DNA of 63,586 nucleotides, filler included, from Octopus bimaculoides (Eukaryota), in NCBI RefSeq assembly GCF_001194135.2. It is 7 parts of 6 records of this genome, joined end to end, with 100 filler letters (N's around TTAATTAATTAA, not from the genome) between each part and the next. Parts side by side here need not be neighbours in the genome. Positions count along the whole stretch, not along the records: positions 34,587 to 45,261 come from NC_068996.1; positions 45,362 to 46,580 come from NC_068982.1; positions 46,681 to 58,832 come from NC_068990.1; 4 more parts are not named here. One strand, written 5' to 3'. Made by a program: the position numbers and the translations under genes. The notes beneath the pieces were generated by a model that saw only the letters and a program-made list of their open reading frames with translations, ran no database searches and was not told where the DNA came from. This document shows positions 38,641 to 52,078 of this stretch, one piece after another; the first letter of the stretch is position 1; every line of letters begins with the position of its first letter.

Positions 38641-40033
38641 GGTGCAAGGAGAATATAGAGAGAAGAGAAAGAGAGAGAATATGATGCTAGCATAGCTAAC
38701 GGCTTAACTATAATTAGAAGAGATCATAAAGATTTTATGTAATGGGCAAAAGTGGTTTAAAATTTGTGCTTACATGAGAAGATTATGTCAGAGAACCTAT
38801 GGAGCAACGGGGAGTTATGATGACAAAGGTACGTAATGCATACATGCATACATACGTACATACATACATACATACATACATACACACATTCATACATACA
38901 TGCATGCATATATGCATGCATATATGTATGTATGTATGTATTTTTTTAATGAATTACTTGCACTTTGTTTGGAACTATAAAGTTCTGAACTCCATCTTCA
39001 ACATCTTTTCATCCTTCTACCGCAATAGTCTCATCTTCAAAATATAGGGAAGGTAGCCTGAGTTGTTGCCACTTTATAACAGATTTATATAATGTGATTG
39101 TTGAACTTGAATTTCAACTGTTAGAATTATACATATCAGTGAAGTGTTTATTTTTACTTACGGCTGTTATATTTCATCTGTGCATTTATTGTAGCATTGT
39201 GCTTCCATCATTAATCGTCAGCTTTTGTGTGGAATTCTGCAGGATGTAGATGGGTTATCTTCTAATGCTTTATTGTCTTATTTTCTAATGTGAAACGTGT
39301 TGCAATGAATCCAGAGAAAGCCGTGATTTTTAATAGATGTACCCAGGTGAAGTTTTATAACAGAGTTGATAAAAAATCTAGAGATGACAGTGATTGTTAA
39401 AGAGAAGACCTATTTTGCGTTAGATAGACTATCTGGAGGTAGCAGAGATTATTAATAGATGCACCCAGTTACAGATCTTTCATAGGGTAAAACTTTTACC
39501 AAACTTTTGAATCTTTTCGGCCCTAACTATACCTTCAATAAATATATATTAAAACAATATAGTAATTTCGAATCAAAGACAAAAGAGAGTGTGTATATTT
39601 CTAAAATCGTTTAATTATCAATGATAACCTAGTTTTTTGGGGGTGGGGTGAGTTCAACAATAACAGCGTAGAATAGTTTTTGAAAAGTCATTAAATAACC
39701 TATTTTTACCGGCAATAAAGTAGATACAGAGACGTTCCAAATGTTGACATCATCTATTGTTATAAATCAAATTATGTACTTTAGTTACAAAATGGTTGAA
39801 TAGTGAATGATATGAACATTATTAAGAATAATCCAAAATGCCTTTTTTTTTTCTATTTTCTTTTGAGGGAAATGTTTAATAAGGGGAAAACTTTTGTAGA
39901 TTGTACTTTATAGCTAATGAAAATTATCACTTTATTGAATTTATGAATGTAAATATAACAAAGACCCACTTTGAAATTCATAAACTAAATACCCAAATTA
40001 TTAAATAAGTTTAATCATCCAGTAAACTCTTCT

Positions 40034-40070
<37 letters not shown>

Positions 40071-40344
40071 TAATAAAAACACATTTTACTCATGTGTTAC
40101 CTTTCTGTAACCAACGTAATGGTATATAATCGGAGATAGATAATTATAGATTATAAGTAGAAGATATAAATTAATTAATTTACAGTTTATAAAAAATAAA
40201 TAAAATAATAAATTCACCAAGCAGGAATGTACTCAATAATAAGAAAACAAATTTTAAAAAAACTAAAGAATGGGGGAAAATAAAATCAGGTAGAGTAGTA
40301 AAGTTTGCATGAAGAATTATCTGATATAGATAGATTTTTTTTTC

Positions 40345-40475
40345 TCTAAAGGCAAAACAGACATAGGTCAGACGGGTCGATCGTTACGCAACAGAATGAC
40401 GGCCCATCGCCAACAGATCCGAGAAAAAGTGCAAGGAAAATTCCTTTGAGCAATCATATTGCTACCTGTGCAGGA
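40345..40475 (+). mobile_element. Penelope-like GIY-YIG fragment
   Basis: IGQTGRSLRNRMTAHRQQIRE..IPLSNHIATCAG; paralogue of 44190-44290. Confidence 0.8.
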
Positions 40476-41099
40476 ATGGTCTTACCAAAAGTTGATGATT
40501 TGTACTTTTACTTTGTATTTCAATATTTCGGTCTTAGGACCCTTTCTTCAGGAAATCTTCAAAGAAATGGTGTTGTGAGTTACATTATTTTGCTGATTCA
40601 CAGAAAACATAGAGAGCTAAAAAATATATTTTTTAATCAAAGGAGTTTCCATTCTTATCAACGGGTCTGATGATTCCTAACAATATCTTGAATGTTTTGG
40701 ATTAAAATTTTTGAGTTTGAGTCTTAGATTACAACAGTGGCGCGAGTCCCCCCCCTGTCCTCCTACCCATACAAACATAGACCACTTTCTGCATCAAATT
40801 CAAAGCAACAAAAATTTCACAAATAAAACTTAGCCTAATTAAACCATTACTTTAGGCGGGGGGGGGGGCACACCATCATTGCCTCACTTTTCTTCAAGCC
40901 CTCCTAACCGGATCGTTTCACTGTCCCACGGAGGGTGGGGGTAGTACTGCCAACTCTGGGAACCAGTGGTTTACTACGTTCATTTATGTTATTTGTATTT
41001 TTTCGTTTACTTAACACAGCATTTATATGACTAAGTTCAGTTCCGATCATATTGTGATTTGTAAATGCAGATAAAAGTATATCAATCTCAGAGCTAAGA

Positions 41100-41471
41100 T
41101 TTGGATGCTTGGTTGTGAAGTGACCTGATTTGTCTCCCGAGAAACAATCTATTACCTATCATTGATCAACAATGCGAAAAAAGTTCAGCGATTAATTCGG
41201 ATGACTGGCCTGCATATGATAATCTTAAGGTCATGGGTTATCGCCATCATACGGTGCACTATCAAGAACATTATGTAAATTCAGTGACAGGAACAGGTTA
41301 TTGAACAATCATGATTGGATACCAAAAACAGGGATTTTAAGGAAAACGAGACACGTTTATAGTGAGATTTTCCTATCATACTTTAATCATATTTGCTGGA
41401 AAGTATTGAGAAAAGAGGCAGCAGATTTGTTTTTGGCGTTTCTAAATGATATACGAAGTGCATATTGTTAA
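41100..41471 (+). pseudogene. Merlin (ISXO2/IS1016-like) DDE transposase C-terminal remnant
   Basis: LLPIIDQQCEKSSAINSDDWPAYDNLKVMGYRHHTVHYQEHYVNSVTG..QVIEQS*..CWK matches the recalled LLPII..SDxWxAY..H.TV.H...V.P.TG.HTQ.IE..W pattern; two frameshifts. Confidence 0.75.
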
Positions 41472-42641
41472 AGGCTTTAAATGTAAATTGTTTGTCTCAC
41501 TTACGTAACGACAATGATTTCCATCATAAAGATAGTCATTAATATACTACGAGAATTATGATTTTGGATGAATGATTAAGTGTTCCATTCTTTCTGTTTG
41601 TGCTTGTGTGTTGAAGTAAGGATGGACAAGAGAAGATAAGAAAACCAGACAACACCCCCATCGAGCCGTCAACCTCCTCCCACCACTCACTACTGCTTGC
41701 CTTCCTCTTTATCTACTCTAACTTTTCCTGCATTATGATTTGAAATGTTAGATATTCATCTTTCCACTCTGAAGATGGAGGATGGATCTACCTATTGTCT
41801 ATATGCTCCCACTACTTGTTGCATAATTTTGTGAACATTTGCCAACACCATGAAGTAATTCCAAACCCCCAGAAAGAGTAGTCGGACAAGTAATATCAAA
41901 ACTTCTCCCCTTTAATTTTCTGTGTCTTTTTACTCTGTGTAAATGTACTCTACTAATATATAAATATCTATATATATAGACATGAATATTCATCGTCTGA
42001 AATTTTACAGTCATTGCTTTCTCTGTATTTATATGTATACATGTGTAGTGAAATATATAGACAGTACAAGGCGTTGATGTGGCTGCATGTATGTTATTAC
42101 AAGGGTTCATTCAGAGATGAAAGAATAAATACAAGATCTATACATTTACTACATAAAAATATATTTAATTCTTCTTTCGATGATGATACATAAAATCAAA
42201 TTGTAGAAACTAGTTAAATGGAGTAATCTATGCAAGAAAGTTAAGAGATAGGAAATGTAAAACAACAGCGAAGTGGTGGCTTTCAGTCATCTCGGCTATA
42301 GGGCGTAAAGAAATAGGCGGACATAGCAACGACGTGAATGGCTCTAAGTCTAATCGACTAAGAAGCGAAAAGGTGGGTTAGCAAGCTGTTTTTATTAATG
42401 GAACGCTAGACATTTTAGAAACATCCAAGAGAAACGCCAAGCTTCTTGAATAATTAAGACTCACGTTTCGTGACAACGATGCTTCGAGAAGCTTAGAAAA
42501 GGGAAGTTACTCTATGATCTTTCTTGCAAGGAGATCATTCAACTATCTATCTACCTATTCCGTTACACATGTATGTATATTTTGCATATCTAACCCAAGC
42601 GATTCAATTTGTTTATTTGAATCATTCTGTGCATGTGTGTG

Positions 42642-42732
<91 letters not shown>

Positions 42733-43141
42733 NNNNNNNNNNNNNNNNNNNNNNNNNNNNNNNNNNNNNNNNNNNNNNNNNNNNNNNNNNNNNNNNNNNN
42801 NNNNNNNNNNNNNNNNNNNNNNNNNNNNNNNNNNNNNNNNNNNNNNNNNNNNNNNNNNNNNNNNNNNNNNNNNNNNNNNNNNNNNNNNNNNNNNNNNNNN
42901 NNNNNNNNNNNNNNNNNNNNNNNNNNNNNNNNNNNNNNNNNNNNNNNNNNNNNNNNNNNNNNNNNNNNNNNNNNNNNNNNNNNNNNNNNNNNNNNNNNNN
43001 NNNNNNNNNNNNNNNNNNNNNNNNNNNNNNNNNNNNNNNNNNNNNNNNNNNNNATATATATATATATATATAATACAAATAATAAATGCGTACATGTATG
43101 TATATACCTACATCTACATGTATATATAGATGCATATCTGG

Positions 43142-43237
43142 GTACAGGACGTTGCAAAAAAAACGTGGACAAAATGATAAACAGAATACAGAAAACACAC
43201 AGGCCACATAGAGAACATTTCCTTCATCAGCTGCCAC
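43142..43237 (-). ncRNA. Decayed hammerhead motif next to the Penelope-like ORF
   Basis: Minus: GTGGCAG-CTGATGA-...-GCAA(for GAAA)-CGTC-CTGTAC, palindromic ACGT helix III. Confidence 0.4.
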
Positions 43238-43504
43238 CATTCTAAAACTAAGCGTTTCGAAGAGTTAGGTTGAAAAAAGATATATAGGTTGAAAAAAAGA
43301 TATATAGGTTGAAAAAAGATTAGAGATCTATAGAAATCAAATTTTTATATATAAAAGATAAAGGTGGAAATAGTACACAAGTAAATCTAAGACATTTCTA
43401 TTTTAGAAGGAATTTAATAAAAATGATTTTAAACATTATATAAAGAAAATATTACCGGTTTCAGTGATGCATCTCATCTTATCAAAAATCAGTAAAAATT
43501 TATT

Positions 43505-44400
43505 TCGGTGTTCCTGTTCAAAAACCAAGATGGGAAAATAGAGACGGACATATTCTACAAACCCACTGACTCCAAACAGTACCTTCTTTTCACATAATGT
43601 CACCCAAAACACACTGACCTCAACATTCCCTTCAACCTGACAAAACGAATTTGTACCATAGTATCAGAATCATCCAAACGTGAACAAAGACTAAAGGAAC
43701 TGAAGGATACACTTATCCAAAGAGCCTTCCTTCCTGGCATAATCACCAACGGAATAAACAAGGCGGAACAAATAAATATCAATGAACTTAGGAAAACAAA
43801 AAACAACAGAAGGAAAATGTATTACCATTCGTGTCAACTTTCAATGTCAGAAACACCGAAATATTTGATCACACCCGCCAAAATCCTCCCTATCTTATTT
43901 GCAGATGAAAAAATGAGAAAAATCTTAGAAAAATAACAAATTTTCAAAAGCAAAAAGCAGCCCAAAACACTAAAATTAATTCTCACTGGAGCAAAAACGC
44001 ACATAGAAACCCCCATGCCAACTGTCACAAAATGGGGAAGAACAAACTGCGGCACTTGCCGTTACCTAATTGAGGGACAAGAATTTAAATTCAAAGTTGG
44101 CAAAATCTTCAAAGTTAAATCCAATTTCACCTGCAACACGAAAAACCTGATCTACGTAATCTCATGCAATGGTTGCCAACATAATTACATAGGTCAGACG
44201 GGCGGCGCCAACAGATCCGAGACAAAAACACAAGGAAAATTCCTTTAAGTAGTCACATTGCAACCTGTGCAGGAATGGACTGACCAAATTTCAAAATCTT
44301 TCCTCTCTACAAGTGCTCGGATTCTTTCAACCAACAATAAAGACTAAATACAGAAAGGCAATTTATTAATAAGTATAAACCACACTTAAATATCGACCTA
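43505..44400 (+). mobile_element. Penelope-like element fragment (RT C-terminus, Cys-rich linker, GIY-YIG); Neptune-like
   Basis: IETDIFYKPTDSKQYLLF..CHPKH..IPFNLTKRICTIVS; GRTNCGTC; FTCNTKNLIYVISCNGCQHNYIGQTG; stops and deletions. Confidence 0.9.
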
Positions 44401-45097
44401 ACCACTATCAACCAATAAATAAGAACGGGCACTTAAAAACAATTTTATACATATTATCGTTTCGAAAAATACTTCCCATCATTTCCCAAATCTGTTTTTT
44501 CCAATATATATATATATATATGCCTGAACACGCACACACAAACACACATACCACACATACACAAATACACACACAAACACACATACACACACACACGCAC
44601 ACAAACACACACGCACTCACACATACAAACATATATATGCCTGCACACACACGCAAACACACACACACACACACAAAAGAAAACATCACAAAAAAACAAC
44701 ACACACACATACACTCACACACACACAAAAGAAAACATCGCAAAAACACAGACTCATACACTCACACATACAAAAGAAAGCATCAAATCACACACACATA
44801 CACACAAACACAACTCTGTATACACACACACAAAAACACACACACACAAAAGAAAACATCGGAAGAAACGCACTCACTCACCCGCACAAACACACAAATA
44901 CATACACTCACACACACACACATACATGCACACATGTGGAGACACTCAAAAGAATACATCTAACCCAAAGGAAAATCTTAATTCTTTCTTCAGCAAGACA
45001 TTCATCACAACATACACACCCATCAACACACAGCTGGTCACATTCCAACCATATTGAAAGACCATTCAACACAACACACACACACGCGCGCACGCAC

Positions 45098-45133
<36 letters not shown>

Positions 45134-45379
45134 AGGTAGACATAAGACCCATTCAATAAATGTTTTTTAGCCAATCTCTTGGCAGCAACACACAAAGATT
45201 TCTTTTAGACAATGGATAACTACACCCCTTCTCTTCCTCTCTAACATTTTGAACTCTATACNNNNNNNNNNNNNNNNNNNNNNNNNNNNNNNNNNNNNNN
45301 NNNNNTTAATTAATTAANNNNNNNNNNNNNNNNNNNNNNNNNNNNNNNNNNNNNNNNNNNNTATATGTATATGTATGTA

Positions 45380-45598
45380 TGTGTGTGTATATGTCTGTGT
45401 GTCTGTGTTTGTCCCCCCAACATCGCTTGACAACCGATACTGGTGTGTTTACGTCCCCGCCACTTAGCGGTTCGGCAATAGATACCGATAGAATAAGTAC
45501 TAGGCTTACAAAGAATAAGTCCTGGGATCGATTTGCTCGACTAAAGGCGGTGCTCCAGCATGGCCACAGTCAAATGACTGAGACAAGTAAAAGAGTAA
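45380..45598 (+). mobile_element. SINE family 2, 3' half
   Basis: Near-identical to 62660-62870. Confidence 0.8.
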
Positions 45599-46808
45599 CT
45601 GAAATTAGAAGCGCTATAAGCATAAAACGTCGTCTGCAAACAAGACCAACGAGAGATTCTCGATGTGGTTACTTGATTTTCTAAAAATGATAGTTAAATG
45701 TTCAGAAAATCTTACCCTGAAAAGGAGAAATATAATGTTCAGTGTAGTCCATGATATGCAAAAAAAAAAAAAAAAAAAAAATACTCAGAATAGTCATGGT
45801 TGGAACACCTTTTGATCATAAGTCTACTCGATCAGGGATGGTTAGATGGGATTCAACAAGAGCTTCTACTCCCACTATCACTCCCACTACCATCCGTCAC
45901 TTCCAAGACCACCCAGTTATTGGCAGCACTGACACCACTACTACCACACCCGTTTTCTAGCAGCACCACAACCGAAACTAACCCCGCCATCACTGCAACC
46001 TCGACGACGCCCACCACCACCACCACCACCATCACCACCACCAGCAATAACAACAACAACAACAACAACAACGCTAACACCACCAACAGCATGTCAATAT
46101 ATGACCACCACTACCACTGTCTACCATCACTGCCAACCAGCGCAAATATCACTCTACACTGACCACAGCCACTGACCAAAACTTGTGACCACCACCACCA
46201 CCACTACAAACGACAATCACAGTTAAACGAGTAGACAAGAGAATCAGGACGTTGGTCACATGAACTTACTAGAAATAGCAGTCAAATTTCCCTTAAATCA
46301 TGTCTTGCCTCCTTAAAAATGACATGCAATGGTACAGTGGATAATACAGTATTAAATAGATGGTGGCTAACATATAAAAACGACAGGAAGGTCATTGCTG
46401 GGCTATTTTTGATCATAGGTCTGCTCAACAACCTAGGGTTATATTACAACAACAGCAACAACATCAACATTCCACCTCTCGTCCCACTTTCATCCCTTCA
46501 TCTTTATATGTAGCCCCCCCCCCACCGCCGCCCACAACTCAAATTCTAAGCTGTTCTTGTAATGCTCTCCTCATCTGATGNNNNNNNNNNNNNNNNNNNN
46601 NNNNNNNNNNNNNNNNNNNNNNNNTTAATTAATTAANNNNNNNNNNNNNNNNNNNNNNNNNNNNNNNNNNNNNNNNNNNNACGTGAAATTCATTAGAATC
46701 TTGGTTTGTACTTTTACAATAGTGACCCCAAGAGCATAACGACTAGGTCTTACAAAGACAGACAGACAGACAGACAGACAAACGGACGGACGGATGGATG
46801 GATGGATG

Positions 46809-46884
<76 letters not shown>

Positions 46885-47336
46885 TGTACATCCACTGATA
46901 TACACATATACACAAACACAAACATGTATAAAATAAATGCACTGATGTATAGAAGGATGCACCTGAACACGTGAACAGACGCGAAGAGACGCGAACACAC
47001 GTGAACTACATTTGTCAACTAAATTTACCCCCCATGTGAAAATCGGAGAAAGGAAGTGAAGTCCCAGGGATGGAGTAAAAGTAAAAATGATTAAATGAAC
47101 TCCAAAAATGAACGAGGAATGATTAAATATTCTTTTTATCATTATCTGCTGTCAGAAACAAAATGGTGCATGAATTTTAATCAACAACGTGTCATCGTAA
47201 TAACCATCAGACAAAAGTTAAGCTCAACAGGCAAGAACTGTCTTAAAGAGCTTTCTTTCTACACCAGAATTTGCCAACTATTCGTAATCTGACACATTGA
47301 TTCAAATAATTCCTTGATCTAATTCCTTCGTCTTAG

Positions 47337-47423
47337 CTTAATAGAAATTAATGATATGAATCACAAACCTCTTGCTGTCCGACTGTCTCGGCTAACGTGG
47401 CATATGAATGAAGAACACGTGAG
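47337..47423 (+). other. Candidate 87-nt exon (one open frame: LIEINDMNHKPLAVRLSRLTWHMNEEHV)
   Basis: Branch-like CTAAT (47319) + TCCTTCGTCTTAG acceptor; donor GAG|GTAGGT; length divisible by 3; protein not recognised. Confidence 0.35.
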
Positions 47424-48049
47424 GTAGGTCTCGTAGTATACACACTCACAAACACACATATATACATATACACATATATTAATGTATGTGTTTATATATA
47501 TATACACACATATATATATATATATATATATGTGTGTATATATATATATATGTGTGTAGGTATGTAAACCAGAGTTTGTATCTGTGTGCTTGACACAGAG
47601 CGAACGAGTTACGAGTGAGTGAGAGAGAAAGAGAGAAAGAGAAAGAGAGAGAGTGAGTAAGAGAAAGACAAAGAAAGGAAGAAATTAGTGAATTTTTATT
47701 TTCCTTTCCTGGANNNNNNNNNNNNNNNNNNNNNNNNNNNNNNNNNNNNNNNNNNNNNNNNNNNNNNNNNNNNNNNNNNNNNNNNNNNNNNNNNNNNNNN
47801 NNNNNNNNNNNNNNNNNNNNNNNNNNNNNNNNNNNNNNNNNNNNNNNNNNNNNNNNNNNNNNNNNNNNNNNNNNNNNNNNNNNNNNNNNNNNNNNNNNNN
47901 NNNNNNNNNNNNNNNNNNNNNNNNNNNNNNNNNNNNNNNNNNNNNNNNNNNNNNNNNNNNNNNNNNNNNNNNNNNNNNNNNNNNNNNNNNNNNNNNNNNN
48001 NNNNNNNNNNNNNNNNNNNNNNNNNNNNNNNNNNNNNTATATAGATATA

Positions 48050-48262
48050 AGGCACGGGGTCTAGTAGTCAGGGTGTGGTTTCGATCCACGCTGCCCTAGT
48101 CCCTTCAGCTGTAAATGAGTAATCTTACGGCGGACTAACCTTCCGATCAGGGGGAAGATGCGGGCCTGCTCACCTAGCCATCTTTCAAAAGTTAAAACGA
48201 TGCAAAGTGCATTGCGATGAGTGATGTGTAACAACATCCGATAGTCTCGTCAACATCATGAT
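48050..48262 (+). mobile_element. Internally deleted SINE related to 23697-23940
   Basis: Shared head and GATGTGTAACAACATC.GATAGTCT tail. Confidence 0.55.
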
Positions 48263-48733
48263 GTCTATATTTATTTACCTGTATATAGATTATTTTGGCC
48301 GAAATCAGTCTCTTACTAATCGAAGCTTCAACTTTAGGTGCACAGGAAGCGAATTAAATAGGCTTTATTACAAATCACAACAATTGTTTCAAAGCATCAT
48401 TATTAGCTGTTAATTGCTGAATGTTATATAAATTATACGCAAAATTGTATTAATGTGATTCATTAATAACTGTATACATGTGCATCCTCGGGTGACTGTA
48501 GTCAAAGCAGTAAGTTGTTGAATCATATACGTATGTATGTATATGCTTATGTATGCATGTATGTACGTATGATGTGAAGCTCCAGTCACCATATTTACAA
48601 TAAACTTCTTTTAAACACCTGCTCAGCGAATATTCTGCTTTATTCTTAAACTTAAATATGCTTTTATTTTAACGTTCATCTGTGTGTGTGTGTGTTTGTG
48701 CATGTGTGGGTGTGGATGTGAGTACTCGTATAA

Positions 48734-48773
<40 letters not shown>

Positions 48774-49860
48774 NNNNNNNNNNNNNNNNNNNNNNNNNNN
48801 NNNNNNNNNNNNNNNNNNNNNNNNNNNNNNNNNNNNNNNNNNNNNNNNNNNNNNNNNNNNNNNNNNNNNNNNNNNNNNNNNNNNNNNNNNNNNNNNNNNN
48901 NNNNNNNNNNNNNNNNNNNNNNNNNNNNNNNNNNNNNNNNNNNNNNNNNNNNNNNNNNNNNNNNNNNNNNNNNNNNNNNNNNNNNNNNNNNNNNNNNNNN
49001 NNNNNNNNNNNNNNNNNNNNNNNNNNNNNNNNNNNNNNNNNNNNNNNNNNNNNNNNNNNNNNNNNNNNNNNNNNNNNNNNNNNNNNNNNNNNNNNNNNNN
49101 NNNNNNNNNNNNNNNNNNNNNNNNNNNNNNNNNNNNNNNNNNNNNNNNNNNNNNNNNNNNNNNNNNNNNNNNNNNNNNNNNNNNNNNNNNNNNNNNNNNN
49201 NNNNNNNNNNNNNNNNNNNNNNNNNNNNNNNNNNNNNNNNNNNNNNNNNNNNNNNNNNNNNNNNNNNNNNNNNNNNNNNNNNNNNNNNNNNNNNNNNNNN
49301 NNNNNNNNNNNNNNNNNNNNNNNNNNNNNNNNNNNNNNNNNNNNNNNNNNNNNNNNNNNNNNNNNNNNNNNNNNNNNNNNNNNNNNNNNNNNNNNNNNNN
49401 NNNNNNNNNNNNNNNNNNNNNNNNNNNNNNNNNNNNNNNNNNNNNNNNNNNNNNNNNNNNNNNNNNNNNNNNNNNNNNNNNNNNNNNNNNNNNNNNNNNN
49501 NNNNNNNNNNNNNNNNNNNNNNNNNNNNNNNNNNNNNNNNNNNNNNNNNNNNNNNNNNNNNNNNNNNNNNNNNNNNNNNNNNNNNNNNNNNNNNNNNNNN
49601 NNNNNNNNNNNNNNNNNNNNNNNTGGTCATGAAACTAAAAGTATCCAATATGCACGCATATGATGAATGCTTTTGTGAAATAAATTTATACACCCACATT
49701 ACAGATATACATATGCGTGTATATATATATATATATATATATATACACGCACACAGATACATACATACCTATTCAACATAAATAAAATATATATTTCCAC
49801 TGTAATTATCACAAATTTATTATTATTATTAGTTATTATTATTATCATTATTATCATCAT

Positions 49861-49892
<32 letters not shown>

Positions 49893-50113
49893 TCATCGTC
49901 ATCATCATTATTATCATTATTATACAAACAGTTAGTAAAGACAAAAAGATGCGAAAGTTTGTTTTGTAAGTAAAACGGTGTAACTATACAAGATCTTTCG
50001 CTGTTTCAATTATTGATAGTGTCAAATTCCAACGTTTTGTGTCATTTTTAGAAATCAGCTGCTTCTCTGAGAGAAGAATTCAAACAATTACACGATGGAT
50101 ATATATATATACA

Positions 50114-50158
<45 letters not shown>

Positions 50159-50240
50159 TTGTGTGTGTGTGTGTGTGTGTCTATGTATATAAAAATTTCA
50201 TATATACATACGTACGTACGTGCATACATACATACATATA

Positions 50241-50720
50241 GGCGCAGGCGTGGTTGTGTGGTAAGAAGCTTGCTTCACAACCACATGGTTCCGTGATCAG
50301 TCCCACTGCGTGGCACCTTGGGCAAGTGTCTTCTAGTATAGCCTCGGGCCGATCAAAGCCTAGTGAGTGGCTTTAGTAGACAGAAACTGAAAGAAGCTCG
50401 TGTATATATATATATATATATATATATATNNNNNNNNNNNNNNNNNNNNNNNNNNNNNNNNNNNNNNNNNNNNNNNNNNNNNNNNNNNNNNNNNNNNNNN
50501 NNNNNNNNNNNNNNNNNNNNNNNNNNNNNNNNNNNNNNNNNNNNNNNNNNNNNNNNNNNNNNNNNNNNNNNCACCACCTTCGCTTGACAACCGATGCTGG
50601 TGTGTTTACGTCCAGTAACTTAACGGTTCGGCAAAATAGAATAAGTTCTGGAGTCCATTCGTTCGACTAAAGACGGTGCTCCAGCGTGGCCGCAGTCAAA
50701 TGACTGAAACAAATAAAAGA
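50241..50720 (+). mobile_element. SINE family 2 copy spanning an N gap
   Basis: Head GGCGCAGGCGTGGTTGTGTGGTAAG; internal (TA)n; tail CAGTCAAATGACTGAAACAA. Confidence 0.85.
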
Positions 50721-51184
50721 ATTAAAAACAGAACTTATTAAGATCAGGGAAATCTGTGAAACTTCTTAATTCTTTAGAAATTAAAAAAATATAAAATATA
50801 ACCAAATCCCAGTGCATTTTCACCTTTTTCTATATTCGCTACCCGTATGGAATAAAATAACTTTGTTTTTATGTATGAATGTTGACTCTTCCTAATTTCT
50901 TATTACCTTTCTCTTGGGGAAAAGGATAATAAAGGATATGATAATATTTATGACCATACCTAGTCATGAGTTGTCAACTCACTCTTGTTCTTTATTCAAA
51001 ATAGACACAGTCTTCTAGTCTCAGAGTTAACAGATGATAAAGAAATAAATAAATTAGAAATGAATTATAACCCTCACAACCCTATGACCCCACGATTTTA
51101 TTACTCCATGCGATTCTAAGAAATTGTTGTCTATTCTTAGCAAATTTGCTACAATAGCGACTAGTTAAAAAAATTCTATATTTT

Positions 51185-51272
51185 GTGAAGCTGAAGATAG
51201 CACTGCATTTAAATTGATGTAAAGATTGCATTGTTCAATTAAATGGAGTTCCTTGAAACAGCCGTACTGCAT
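51185..51272 (+). ncRNA. Partly decayed type I hammerhead ribozyme
   Basis: Stem I GTGAAG/CTGCAT (1 mismatch), CTGAAGA, stem II CATTTAAATTGA/TCAATTAAATG, GAAA-C-AGCC-G-TA. Confidence 0.55.
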
Positions 51273-51996
51273 CACTACTTGATATCCTGTTGGTTATTTT
51301 GATTTTATTCACTTTCGAGTTGTGCGGATAATACTGGACTGACTTATGTAGCTAATTCAGCTGAATCTTATTTCCTATATATATACATATGAATATAAAC
51401 ACATATAGCAATTTCATTCAAGTTATTCTTTTAAGCTCATCAACAGGTACACGCTATCGGATATGAATATAAACCAGAGGTCGAATTTTTACAGATCATA
51501 TTTCCGAAAATCTATATCTGTAGAATTAATATAGTTATTAGCAAAGTGAGTGGAGTGAGATAATTGCTTTATTACATATACTTACAATTGTTTCACCGGC
51601 ATTTGAACTCAAGTGTATTGCTTAATTATTATTATATCATATGATAAGATTGTGCTTATATAGACAGAAGGTGTATCACTATACTGATACAATCGAATGC
51701 CAACCACATCAGAATTCTTTATATAATACATTTGCTACAAAAAACTTGTATTACACTAATTTATACCTATAGCCGGTAGGTATGTTTATATGAACACATT
51801 TGCTTATCACAAGTAAAACTAAGAAAGAAAATATTAAAAATAATAAATAGAAACAATATTTTTTGCCACTATAACGTAGCTGTTCTATGCAAAACTATGT
51901 CAGTACATTTTAACCCCAGGAAAACATCTTTTCCAGCTGGTTAATGACAAACATCCTGTGTCTGATATAGTGTGAGTAAGAGAGCGAATCACTCAC

Positions 51997-52078
51997 CTCT
52001 AGTTTGGCAAGACCAGTAGAGCATGGTTTCTGGGTCTTTACCCGTACTGGATACCTGCCCGCTAGAGATGGCAGTCAT
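51997..52078 (-). other. Candidate exon ending in a consensus donor (MTAISSGQVSSTGKDPETMLYWSCQTR)
   Basis: Minus AGAG|GTGAGT at 51997/51996; open frame from ATG 52078, second ATG in ACCATG context; acceptor uncertain. Confidence 0.3.

Noticed and set aside
40725-40975. hAT-MITE-like ends (CAGTGGCG..., ...GGGAACCAGTG)
   Set aside because: Ends are not mutual inverted repeats and no 8-bp TSD was found
45800-46162. Thr/Asn-rich mucin-like ORF
   Set aside because: Built on (ACC)n/(AAC)n repeats, with no clear splice sites or signal peptide
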